A DNA stretch of 63,994 bases, the filler included, from Bigelowiella natans CCMP2755 (Eukaryota > Protista > Cercozoa), in NCBI GenBank assembly GCA_000320545.1. It is 4 parts of 4 records of this genome, joined end to end, with 100 filler letters (N's around TTAATTAATTAA, not from the genome) between each part and the next. Parts side by side here need not be neighbours in the genome. Positions count along the whole stretch, not along the records: positions 1 to 30,922 come from ADNK01000017.1; 3 more parts are not named here. One strand, given 5' to 3'. The translations under genes and the position numbers were made by a program. Shown here one piece after another: positions 14,119 to 26,524 of this stretch. The notes beneath the pieces were generated by a model. It did no database searches. It had not been told where the DNA came from and saw only the letters and a list, made by a program, of their open reading frames with translations. The stretch's first letter is position 1, and each line of letters begins with the position of its first letter.

Positions 14119-14229
14119 GGTCTGGATTATGTACGATGTCTTGCAACAGCAATATATGTGCGCGTCATTCGTAACAATGTTCTCTTGGGTCAAATGCACT
14201 TCATTATTGTTCTTATTATGACTAATTAA

Positions 14230-14263
<34 letters not shown>

Positions 14264-14521
14264 GCAATCTGACAACGGAGCAGGAGAACTCCACGGCGTT
14301 TGCCATAGCGGCTGAGCGGTTGGCCAATCAAAACGCATTTCTCCATGGCGATGATGGCGAAGATGATGATGACCTTGCCGCCGCCGCCGCTGCGCTTGCT
14401 CGTCAGCGTGATAGTGACCCTATCTTAGCAGCCAATAGGTATAAAATTACCCGATACCTGCTTACTGTTTCTGTGTGGTGCGTAATATACAGCTGGTGGT
14501 GTTAGCGGTTGTCGGGGTTTG

Positions 14522-14561
<40 letters not shown>

Positions 14562-15010
14562 TTATAATATTTGTATATATCTATCCATATCTATATATTG
14601 ATATAAGAAACAGAAGGTATCGATTAATATTTGCCAGTTTAAAGATTGCTTAGTCCCCCCCCCCCCCCCTTCCCCTCTTCTCACTACCGTCTTCCTCATT
14701 TTCTGCCACCGCCTCACTCACCGCGCGTCACCAACAATCACGACGATAATTTCTCTTCTTCTGCTTCTACTTCTAATTTCCTTCCTCGCTTCTCAGCTCT
14801 AGCTCAAGCAACATCCGCAAAATACGTAAGGCGTGGCGAAAGCATAAGACCAACAACGCAGATCTACCACACACGCTTAGAAAGATAGGCGTTACGGGGT
14901 GATTGTCTCCCTCCCACCCCCCCCCCCCTCTCTCTCTCTCTCTGTGTGTGTGTGTGGTGTGTGTGTGTGTGTGCGGTGTTTGAAAAGAGAAGAAGAAGAG
15001 AAGAGAGGGA

Positions 15011-15045
<35 letters not shown>

Positions 15046-15298
15046 GTGTACAATATAAACCAAATATCCATAGGCCTCTCGATGACGATGGAGCTGCTAT
15101 TTTCTGGAAGAAGGACCGATTTGAGCCCTTATCGTCGCCTGAATTCGGGGAGATTTCGAGGGGGCAAGCTGCAGTTAAGGTGATACTCACGGCTGATGAT
15201 ACTGTTGCTAAGATGATGCGGTGATGAATCAACGATGATGATGTTGGTGCTGACAGTAGCTAAAAAGCTCCTTCCTTTTAATGATATCGCTTCGAAAC

Positions 15299-15332
<34 letters not shown>

Positions 15333-15460
15333 GTGAGCGTAATTCAAGATAGCATGCTCTAAGTACGATGATGCAACGGCATGATTAGATTCACCTCCGC
15401 GACAAATCCACGGGGCGCGAAGTAGTTGTGGCTACGGCTCATCTCAAGAGGCACGTTATT

Positions 15461-15494
<34 letters not shown>

Positions 15495-15629
15495 GTTAGT
15501 AACTAGCTAGGTAGCTCCCGTATATGATGATGATGGTGGGGTTAACGATGATGATGCGGAGGTGGAACGCAGTTGTGGTATAGCCTTCAGATTTACAAAA
15601 CCTGCATATATGAATATAAGTAAAGTAAA

Positions 15630-15708
<79 letters not shown>

Positions 15709-17160
15709 GTGGAGAAGTGGCACTTTCGTGGTCGTCGTCGTCATGGTATGCCCTCCGGCAATCTATCGGTACTTTTCATATCTAAAACGAATGAATAACA
15801 ATAGTGGCATCGATGCGGAGGCGCAAATATCCCGTTCAAAGCAGGTATTAACGCAACGCCCAACCAGCAGCATCATGAGCATGACAATATCACAAACAGA
15901 ATCTTCTTCATCCTATTATGAATTACGAATAATTGTCAGATGGAGAAGATACGGCAATTTCTTTCAACCAGTGGTACCAGCAGCAGTAGAAGCAGCACCA
16001 CCAGCCACCGCCCTTCCAACGCGAAAAAGGATGATTATAGCACCAACAATAGCGTCCCCAGCGAGAAGATGATAGCAGGATCTAAAGCAGCAGTCGCTGC
16101 TGCAGGAAGTAGTACATCCAAATCGGAAGGAGACAGTAGCAACAGCGACAAGAAGTGTTCTTCTTCTTCTTCTTCTTCACCACCTTTCCTGATATTTTGT
16201 ATGGATGGCAACTCTGAGCCGCTCGAAAAGAGCGTCGTTAGAAGAGACTACATCCCCAAAAGTGGGGAGGCAGAATCGAAGAAGACCATCGTAAATACGT
16301 ACAGGTAAGCCAGTCATTGACAAAGACGCACACACGCACACACGCACACACGCACACACACGCACCTTATTTGATAACGATGATGATGAGGATGGCGATA
16401 TGGTGGTGATGGATCTTCCATCGTATACTCACTTCACTCCACAACTGCCTATTTTATAGGCAGATCGGTCAGGTCTTAGGTCTCCAAACCTGCTGGGATA
16501 GGTCGTTAGTGTACAACGTGTATTCTGTAGCTGTTATTTGAGTACGAATACGTATTGTAGTAGTGACTGTAGTACCCCAATCTGTAGCTAAATTGATCTT
16601 TCCGCTCCTCTCTCTTTCTCTCCCTTTCTCTCTCTCTCTCTGTGTGCGTGTGTGTGCACGTATATTGTATTCCTTTCTCCTCACTTCACATCATAAACAG
16701 CATGGTGGCGGAAGCTCAAAAAGAGAATCGGCCAATCCCTGCTGCTACCGTCAACAAGGTAATTGATAGATGGAATGGGGGAGATTCTGCTTTTGTGCTG
16801 TGGTTTCTGCATGGGTCTAGTAAGTCACCGATTGCGTATGCATGGTATTCACCGCACGAGAAAGCCAAAATAAAAAAAAATAGCCTGTCGATCGGGTCCT
16901 TGTCAGGAATGGTGCTTGGGGTGTGTTAATAAATATCGGATAATTCTTTTGCCTACCTTACACATTCTGCTACTACTACTACTACTGCTGCTGCTGCTAC
17001 TACTTCTACGAAGATACGAGGACCTCTGTCCGGCCAGCCGAAGAAGGTAATGTTATAACGGTGCTCTCTAGCTGCCAATCACCTCGTGAGCTCTATGTTG
17101 TGTCCCATGTACCGGAAAACAAAAGAATTGTTGGTATGAGTAGCCTTTTGTGTTTGTGTT

Positions 17161-17198
<38 letters not shown>

Positions 17199-17607
17199 CC
17201 CCCATCCGGAAAAGATTGGAAAGCATGCGCTCGGCGTGATCGACTATGTTTGCTACTCGAAGAATCTCCGTTTATCTCAGTTTGCGGTAATGTAGGAAAC
17301 AGCTTTCATGGGTTCTTGAACCCCCTATTTCTGTCTTATCAACCTAAAATGGAGTTTATTGTTTTTGTGAGTCATATTTCTGGTTGACGTTGGAAAGATT
17401 GATCCTTTGATGCTGGCCTCGGACGGGCCCTTCAATAAGAAAGCTACAGATGCTCTAATTCCCTCCTTGGACGTCCCTTCGGATCACTACCCGGTGAGAT
17501 CAGCGGCGAATATACGTTGTTTATTCCAAAGTTGCATGTGTCATACCCTGTCAACACGGGTTGGTTTTTACACATAGGTGGTCGTTGACCTCTTCGCACA
17601 AGCTTGA
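10698..17607 (+). CDS. NOCT: Nocturnin-like EEP (endonuclease/exonuclease/phosphatase) protein, many microsatellite-filled introns
   Basis: Spliced motifs IRVMQW|NLLADGLSQDGFV (~11095-11220), IQAADPD|ILTVQELDHF, DDDGAAIFWKKDRF, VATAHLK, IFCMDGNSEP and PSDHYP|VVVDLFAQA* (stop 17605-17607). These follow the nocturnin/CCR4 catalytic motif order. N-terminus MGSLTS. Confidence 0.8.
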
Positions 17608-17649
17608 AGGCTAAACTCACGAATCATTTATGCATCATCTTGATCATAA

Positions 17650-18600
17650 TATACATGTGATGACCGGACAGTTAATGCTGCTGCCAAAATGGATAGGATG
17701 CTAGATGTATGTCTGATGTGTTGAACCGAATCAAAGTTGATGACAGGGCGTAGTTTCACCGCGAACGCTCTGTGGCATCATCATCATCAACATCATCAAC
17801 ATCATCACTGTGGATCACTTTTGTTTATCGGACCAACGCACAGTGCTAATGAGCGAAGCTAGGCGCAGATGCATCTGGTTCCATGTCGTCCACATTGCCG
17901 CACGTGCACACAGAGCTAGAGAGGCACCACAAATTATGCACAAGTACGTGCTAGCGGTGCGTCACATCGCCGTCCACCTGCTAGCCCGCCCGGACAGAGC
18001 TAGAGAGAGCGTGACTAGATGCATCGCGCAGGCAGCTGCTGCTCATCTGCATGCTGGACACACATCTAGTCATCATGCATACCATGCATGCGATCCATCA
18101 CAAGCACCAGCACACGAACACTGCTAGACTGGCTAGCTGCTATGTCTAGACAACACATGCTGGCATGGTCGAAGCGACATCAGCTGTGTCGCGTGCTCTG
18201 GCTAGCTGGTGCCAGCTGTTCGCATGACTGTGTGCAGATGCTGTCATTGCTCGCTAGCTCGCCGACAATGAACACAGCAATGGAATGCACATTTCACACA
18301 TCTCATGTCACGTTGTCCATGATGGACACAGTGCTAGAGTGATCTAGTGACGTCATGTGCACATCAGCACGTTTCCACACAACCAGCCAGCCCAGTTTTG
18401 CACACATCACTTCACGTTCAGCAGCGTTAGCGTTGTCCATGATGCCGCTGTGGACTCTCGCACGTGCATTGTGTATGAGATTCACTACAAAGCACCCAGC
18501 ATGCCCGCCTGCTGCTGCTTTCGTTGCATGACTGCTGGCTTGCTCCGCTCCAGCTAGCCAGCGATTGACACGTGCACATGAGTGAGTTGAATGCAAGGCT
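17650..18600. other. TpA-depleted, CTAG/CATG/TGCA-rich tract downstream of the nocturnin stop
   Basis: By-eye count for 18001-18420: about 12 TpA, 10 of them inside CTAG. Confidence 0.8.
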
Positions 18601-18700
18601 AGAAGGGCATCTCTTCACGACTCGCGGAGATTTCCCGTTGTCGCAGGTCTAAAATGCAATATATTTCTCAAAAGTCTTCCACTGCTCCTCCGCGTTCCTC

Positions 18701-19663
18701 ATGCTGTTCGTGGTCTCGGTGCTTCTGAGCCTTGCAGGCTCAGCGGCCTGGGCATGGTACTGATGAATGCTGTCTCGTTCGGCGTTCTCCTTTGTTTTCT
18801 CGAAGCTGAAGCACAAATATTTGTCAACTAGGTACAGCGGTTGGAGGAGCCTAGCATCGAAATACAAGTAGTTCTCTTTTGAAATCGAAGTATTATGAAG
18901 TGTGATGACGAGCTGGGCTTAAGAGTCTTAATCGTCAGGAAATCTAGCAAGGCTGAGTGGGAAGAAGCGCCCTGTCTCTTTAGTTTGAATGGCTATCCAT
19001 ACAGGTAAGGTGCAATCACAGCACAACTTGCATCCAATTACTAGCATGATGCGAAACACAGTTTATGCCTCGCACGTCTCGGAGCTTCCCGGGATGGTTT
19101 ACACCTCACTGGACCAGGTAATGGCCCGATATGGATGTCTGCTTTAACCGTTCACATAACTTAATCTACAGGTGGCGCCATTCTTGGTTCTGTGTTCAGT
19201 CATCCTGCAATTACAGTTCCGTGGAGAAATGTACAGCCCCAATGAATTCATCACTTTACAGAGCGGAAATTTAGTTTTCACAGTAGCGTGCTAGATCCAC
19301 CTGTCTTGTTGACAAATCCCGTTTGAGTTGTTACCATGTTGGGTCACGAGAAAACATTGCACAAACAGGTGACCTTCAAAGGTGAGACTCCAGATTTATA
19401 TTACTATGAGGTAATTAGAAAAGTTCTGCGACTCATTACCTACTACTATTAGTTATTAGTTAGAATTTCAACAATTTGTTCTTTTACTAGGTGGACTTAG
19501 ACGGCACACTTCTACGTCTACGAAATGCCAAGCTATACGGTCGTTTAATGAATACAAGAAAGGTTCTCTGGCATTTCTTCGCCGATCAAATCAATGTCTT
19601 AAAGCAATCTTTTTACAACTACAGATCTCAGATATTGTGAAGTTCACACCATCTTTTGCATGA
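18701..19663 (+). CDS. Hidden 8-exon small membrane protein (~131 aa; 144 aa ending at 19695 with the alternative last acceptor)
   Basis: Exons 18701-18756, 18832-18867, 18939-19004, 19062-19117, 19172-19230, 19369-19410, 19491-19539, 19632-19663 (or 19625-19695). All GT-AG and phase-consistent. Protein: MLFVVSVLLSLAGSAAWAWYSGWRSLASKYK...GYPYSLCLARLGASRDGLHLTGPGGAILGSVFSHPAITVPWRNVTF... Confidence 0.7.
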
Positions 19664-20769
19664 TTGAAGTCCTCAGGCGACCATATCTACTTTAAGGTTG
19701 CTAATAGAATAAAAAAATATTTTTTAGTTGTGCGGTGCCCAGAAATAATACAGAATGTGCAAGCTAGAACCGCGCGAAGAACATAAAATTTAACCAATAA
19801 CGCATGACATGTTATTTACAAAATTTGAAATGGCAAAATCTTTAATTCTAGAATTGTTAACTGCTCTTACATGCACTGCTACAAGCATGACATGGGCATA
19901 CTGCCCCCTGCTAAAGCGTTGTACTGCATGCAATCACATGACAGGACGTAAGCACTGTGCAGATCGAAACATCACTGTGTGCAATTCGCAATATAGCAAA
20001 GCTACATTTGTTTGGATGACGATTGAAAAAATGCAATGCATTCATCACATCACACACCGCTAGTCCGTCTCATGATTCACTGAGGCTGCACGTGTTATTT
20101 TTGGCACAGCGCGTTGAGCAGCGAAGGCAGGTGTGCGGCACAAACGCTGCTAGCTTCCTGCTTGACCGCAACGTGTCTCGATCAAGCTTCGACGACCAGA
20201 CTGCCCCCTGCTAGCCACCTTTTTGCACCATTTTTGAGCTTCCGGGGTGGTTTCAGCTCGAGGTCCTTCTATAATATATCGACGCTTGTTTGTATTGTGT
20301 CGTGATGCATTTTGATGCATGGCTTTAGCTAGTTAGTACTACACTACATACACTTGGCTCTACGTGCTCTAGTGCTGTCTAGCTGTGCACTGCGCAACAT
20401 GCATGGTCAAATCAAAATGTTGCCAGGTTTGATGTGATTGTGATGTCAGATTAACATACGCAAAACACGGTCGCTAGCATTCGATCGAAAAAATTTCGAA
20501 TGCATCACATCCACAATAGCTAGATAGGACTACGACCATAATCTCCAAGCACACACTCACGCGCGGCACTGTTCTAGTGTTGGTCGTTACATCGCAGCAG
20601 GCGGCGCAACGCGCGCGAGAGATTCCACGACGCATTGCAGTGTGCTACTCCCAAGTTTCATGCCGGCACACATCACTGACCATGCATCCATCACTTCCAT
20701 CTATGTATGTTTCTGGACATGGAGAAGGGCAAGCCCAAAAAAATGTTAACCTCCAATCTTTCGTTGCAA

Positions 20770-22435
20770 TCACTTCAACTCGAGATTCTTTTTACTCTCA
20801 ACCTCTCGACCAACCCTCGAAAATTGAACTTTGTTCTTCCCAGGATGATAGATGATGAAGGAGCGATCCAGAGCGAAAGAAGCCGGATTGGCACATGAAC
20901 ATTCATAATGAGACCAATTAAACTGGTCAACAGAATCTCCTAGCACAAGAAGATCTGGGAGGGGATAAACATGGAGAGCATGTTCATTTTCCCAATGTAC
21001 CGGTCTCGTTGTGTTGGGCAACGGGCAAAGATGAGATTGCTCCAAAATAGTTTTCACAAGATGATTAGTAATATCTTTAGTCTCGTGCGTCGATGGTTGC
21101 AAGATACAATTTCTCCTCATTTGATGAGTTATATCTTGACGGAAGAACAGAAGTTCACGGGTACCATACAATATTCGGCATGGGTTGGAGGGAAATATTG
21201 TGGAGTTCCTTGGAAATCGATTTGATCGAAGCTTGCGGGTTATAACCCGGGGTAACCCAGACCTTGGAAGAACGTTCCCTATACCCAAGTCGTTGGGTCC
21301 AGGGATAAAGACAAACTTGGATGATTTTATTAAGTCTGGGAATTCAAGAATTATGTCTGCTAGGTCATCAAAATAGGCTTGTAACTTTTTCACATCACCA
21401 CCTTTTAAACCAAGGGGACGCGATGTAAAATTTCCCATCAACACAAATAATCGAGGCACAGAGTCTACAAATCCCTCAAGCAAGGTTCGGAAATTATCAA
21501 GAATGTAGGGCTTGTCAAGCCAAAGATCGCTCAGAACTACTACCGTATGATCGTCCATCTCGCCATTCTTCACAGATGCCTCTAGACGAACGCGGTCAGT
21601 ATTTTTCAAATTTATTCCAAAGGAGCTCATAGAAGGGTACATTAGAAGAGACTGTTTTCGTGTTTCTGCCGGAGGGAAGGACATGCTAGAAACTATGAAA
21701 ACTTCATCCTCTAATCTGCCTTCAACAAGTACAAAACAATTCTCCGTGAAAAGGCCCGTGTCAATTTTCGTTTCGCTTAGATCCAGTTTGACATAACTAT
21801 CAAGGTCTTCGAGAACATATTTTCCTTCTTGAATACAACTTAGGAGTCCGAAGACCACTCTTTGTTCATTCGATTCACCATGAAGAGACCTCGTAAGGGT
21901 GAGTTGGATGTAATTTCTGTGCTTTTCGAAGCGATTTTCAGGGGGTCGAAATTGTTTCTGTCTAAGAAGCCTCTGATAAACTGTGTGGAATCTATGCACA
22001 AAAGCTTCCCTCTTGTCCTTCGCATGCCCATGAAGTGATGTAGATGTTGGTATGACATCGTATGATTTGCGGACGTCATTGTACTTGAATTTCGGCGTGT
22101 GAATGGCGTCGATCACAAAAATGGACTGCTCTTCAAAGCCCTTATCTCCACCTCCTGATATACTTGATGAAGATGCAGAAGAATCCCGGTTTTGTGGTGT
22201 CATTTTCCCTCGTCATACCTGCTATCGCTTTTCGTACCAATGCACCATCTACAAATTTTGAGGACGGTCCGCAATCTTTCACCCTAGCGACAAGAGTGTC
22301 CAACGTTTGCAATAGATCGTCACCATCAATTGTTCGGAGGTATTCATTTATTGCACTAAGAGCTTCTTTGCGGGGTGTGAGACGTGCCTTGTAGAATTTC
22401 CCCGCAACGACGCGGTTAAAATAGGATGAGGACAT
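20770..22435 (-). CDS. POLE2: DNA polymerase epsilon subunit 2 (B subunit)
   Basis: Two exons joined by a 64-nt GT-AG intron (22155-22218). Motifs LEDLDSYVKLDLS, GLFTENCFVLVEG, VVLSDLWLD, VLMGNF, FVFIPGPND, SNPCRI, QSHLCPLP and LHVYPLPDLLVLGD. Confidence 0.95.
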
Positions 22436-23104
22436 TCGAAGAGGTGAGGCGGTCTTTGCTTGGCGGGAAAGACTTTCTGCCACCAGGGACTCTCTGGAGA
22501 TGAAACATGCCTTGTCATTCTTAGTTTGAATCTATCCTAATTCTTAAGTCGCTAAATTAGAATGCATTGGTCGCAATAGAAACTCAGAAAGAAGACTATC
22601 ATCAGAGAATTTGCACTCTTACGGTATGCTCAAGGATACCTATTTCTAAAAACACTGATGTATTTACCATGTCGCAAAATATTTAAGGTGTTTTTTTTAA
22701 TCTACGGCAGACGCGGATATGTTAGCCTGTGTCTGAGCTAACTCTACGGCAAGAAGAACATATATTTCAGATTTCGAGATTCCCAAAAGAACAATCCATA
22801 TGGCATATTTTACCAGAGTATTTTGGAGATAATGAATGATATCGCATATTTTTTTCAAAATGCCCATGAGATTAAAATTCGGCTTTGAGAACATGAAATT
22901 GACTAATATTACTTCAGCAGAGGTAGATACATTTGTTTGTATATTCTACTGTAAATGGAATGTATTATATCTATACGTCAACAAATTGAGTTCTAAAAAT
23001 GTTTTTAATTCCCTTGAAAGATTCCCTTGAAAGCCAACATTTACCCTTTACATTATTCGAAGCGCACTTTCCCCCCTCGATAGATTCTCTTTCTGAACAC
23101 AACA

Positions 23105-24537
23105 ATGTCTCGCCGTGGTGGAAACTGCAAAGTCTACGTCGGCAACTTATCTTCGTATGTTCCTCGAAAGATATTTCATTCTTTTCGCTTTGAGTAAAAA
23201 CATAAAAGGGGTGCCTTGTACAACCGGAAATCGATGTTCCGGTGTGCTTGCGCTGTATTTTTTGCGACCGACATTAGTAGAATTAGAAATAGGAAGCGCG
23301 TTGTATAAAAACCGTGTAAAATAGAGTTGTCTCTGGAGGGACACTGGGGGCTAGGACTAGAAATGTTCTCTGGAGGGACACTGATGGGAATCTTTAAAAC
23401 CTTCTCAAACGTGCGGCCTGCCTTTCGACCCTGGATCTGAGATCGGGGTGTTTAAGGAGAGGACGCATTTGTCTGTTCGTTCTGTGGGTCTGGGTGGATG
23501 CATTTACTCGAATCGGAAGGATAAATCTGTGGTCACGAAAACGGATGAGAACCCTTTCGGTCACAGAGTTTCGAGGGATTAGAACCTGTTGCTAGAGTCT
23601 AAATTGGATTTACATCTTGTAGGCGCGTAGACGAGCGTGATATCGAGGATGTTTTCAACTACTATGGAGAAATCCGTCGTATTGACATCAAAAATGGCTT
23701 TGGCTTTGTGGTACGTATTAGCATTGAGATCTTAAAGTAAAGAAAAACTCACTGGTTCATTTCATTAGGAATTCTATGATGACCGTGATGCCGACGATGC
23801 AATCAACGGCGAAGATGGAAAGGAACTGCGTGGACGTCGTATGCATGTGGAGCCATCTCGTGGCGGGTAAGACCATCGAGAACCGATCAAAAGTTCCTTG
23901 CCTAATTAAACTTTTTTCACAGTGGCGATCGTGGACGCGGAGGCGGCGCAGGATATGGAGGTAAGCGCTACAAGTGGAGGTTGAGGGTTGAGGGATTGGA
24001 TTCCCGAACAAGCTGGCAAGACTTGAAGGACTTTGCCAGAAAGGCGGGTGAAGTCGCTTTTACTGATGTTCAATCCAACCGCGGCAAGGTCGTACCACCT
24101 TATCACGAATACATGAGCTTCTTAACTATATCTCTTTTTCTCTCTTATCGCTTACTATTTCATTAATTTTTCAGAAAGAAGGAGTTATTGAGTACACGAA
24201 TGAGGATGACATGATCTACGCTCTCAAGAAGCTCGATGACACCAAACTTGATGGAGTCTATGTTCGATTGTACGAGGAGAATAAGGGAGGTGGAAGGTCT
24301 GAGTCTCGTAGCCGTTCCCCTAAACGCAAAGATAAGCGTTCACGCTCACGCTCTCGTTCTCGTTCTGGATCTGGATCTCGTTCCCGAGACCGTGACGAGA
24401 AAGACGATAGGGATAAGGATCGTGACGATAAGGAAAAGGATGAGGGGAAAAGTCGTGATGATGAGAAAGAAGATCGTTCCAAGGAGAAAGATGATGGAGA
24501 CGATCAGGATGAGGAACGTCGTCGAGGAGATGAATAA
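23105..24537 (+). CDS. SR splicing factor with two RRMs (SRSF1/4/5/6-like) and RS tail
   Basis: KVYVGNLSS|RVDERDIEDVF..KNGFGFV|EFYDDRDADDAI (RRM1). SWQDLKD pseudo-RRM signature. RSRSRS tail. Intron 1 spans 23155-23622. Confidence 0.95.
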
Positions 24538-25605
24538 TTGGTACATGGCCAGTTGTGTTACAGCGTCCGATGTCTGAATAAAATTTGTCACAGCTTCGTC
24601 CATTGCTAGACTGCCAGTTTTCATGTCACTAGGTCACATGAGCATCTAAATGATGTGACATCTAGATGACATTGTGCACGTACTACTAGTGATGCAAAAT
24701 GAAAAGCGACATACGTGTCTAGATGTCAGATATGCGCGCGCGCTTGAATTCATAGGTCGTGTAGACGTGTAGACGTGCAACCGTTCGGGAATTAATGCAT
24801 GCATGGTGCGGCCATCTAGCTAGCTAGCTAGTCGTGTCGCAAGCAAGCTAGCAAGACATAGCACGTACATGTATGTAGATTGCTAGTTAGCTTGCTAGAC
24901 ATGCATGCTAGTATGAGTACGATGGGTGTAATCAATCAAATTGAATTTCTTCAATTCTAGAATTATTGTCATCCTCATGTACGTATCGTACGTGCTAGCG
25001 TGTTGTGTAGCTGTCGATCCATATATATATATATATAGCTGTGCAATGATGCAGCGGCAAGGAAGCTTGCGATCGAGCGTGTGTCTATCTTGTGTACGCT
25101 AGTACGGCCGGAGCTGTACGTTCGTTCAATTGCATATATAGCAGCAGCAATGTTGCGATCGAATGTGCATGTGTCTCATTGTGTACGGCCGGAGCTGTAC
25201 GTTCAATGCAGCGGCTACAGCGCTAATAATGTGTATGTGTACATGTATAGCACTTCTAGACTTGCGTGCATGCACAAGCAAATCCTACAGCCTTGGTTGC
25301 TTGCTGTTCATAGAACACCTGAGACTTGTACACGCTAGCACGTCTCAATGATGCTCTGTGGTAGCCATTTTGTAATGCATGTACTCGCGCTAACTCTAGA
25401 TCTAGCTATGCTATGCCCACATGATAGTTGCTTAAACAAACTCACCAATAATTATTGCATGCAGAGCCATTATTGATACTCTGCCTCCTGCTACTGCGCA
25501 CCATTTTTATGGTCCAAATGAAAATGGCGGCCCCTTGCCTGCTCTAAAGATCTAAAAGGCACCACCACCAAACGCACATAATCTTTGAATGAATCCTCTC
25601 TGTAC

Positions 25606-25645
<40 letters not shown>

Positions 25646-25718
25646 CTCTGAGCGTGTGTGCGTGGTGCATATGCATGTCGCGCGTACTAGAAAACACTCT
25701 AATCACCATCATGGACTA

Positions 25719-26443
25719 TCACGGATGACTAGCTGTTTTTTCTCCTAACTTGACTTACCAGTGTTGCTCGTTACAGCCTCTGGCGTGGTGGAATCGTTAA
25801 AGCTAAAACCGACAACTCTCCGCAAAGGCTGTGTGCATGATAACAGTAGGTAATGGCAAGCAATGGCCAATGTAAATTTTAAGATTAGAGTCAATGTGAC
25901 ATACTACGCGACTCAAAACACTCGAGAATGATAGTATCTTCAAACGTTTTTTTCCTCTTCTTCTTTTCGCTTGTCCATTCTCTCATCTTGTGTAGTAGTA
26001 GACGCAACAAGAGTGGGTAATTCCCCCATGTACGAAAGTCATCGTAAAAGAATATAAACAGAATGAAGAATTCGTCCAGCGACACTGCCACAATATTTGT
26101 CAGTTGTGGTTCATCACAGGGTATGCCGTCAACATTTCTTAACGTTTTTCTTCTTCTTCTTCTTCTTCTTCTTCTTCTTCTTCTTCTCGTCTTGGTAAAA
26201 ACCATCATCCGTAGGATGGTGATGGCCTTGTCAGAACAACCAAAAATCGAATAGAGAGAAAAGAAGCGAGTAGTGGTGCACCTTCTTCGTGACGCTAGCG
26301 CCCTTCGCTTGATTATTCTTCTTCGTATTATCGTCTGTCGTCGCCGTCGCGTTCGTCTTCTTCTTCTTCGTCGAGGAGCTCCCACCTTGCTCGCCTCCAG
26401 CCATCTTCGCAATACGTATATGATATGATATAAATATTTACAA

Positions 26444-26483
<40 letters not shown>

Positions 26484-26488
26484 GTATG

Positions 26489-26524
<36 letters not shown>

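Noticed and set aside
12000-17400. Many ORFs with poly-CV, ER, YI, H or S runs (also 26000-32400, 39000-41900, 62300-63700)
   Set aside because: Translations of intronic microsatellites.
22142-22218. Apparent frameshift between the two POLE2 ORFs
   Set aside because: Explained by a 64-nt GT-AG intron (22155-22218) that restores the frame.
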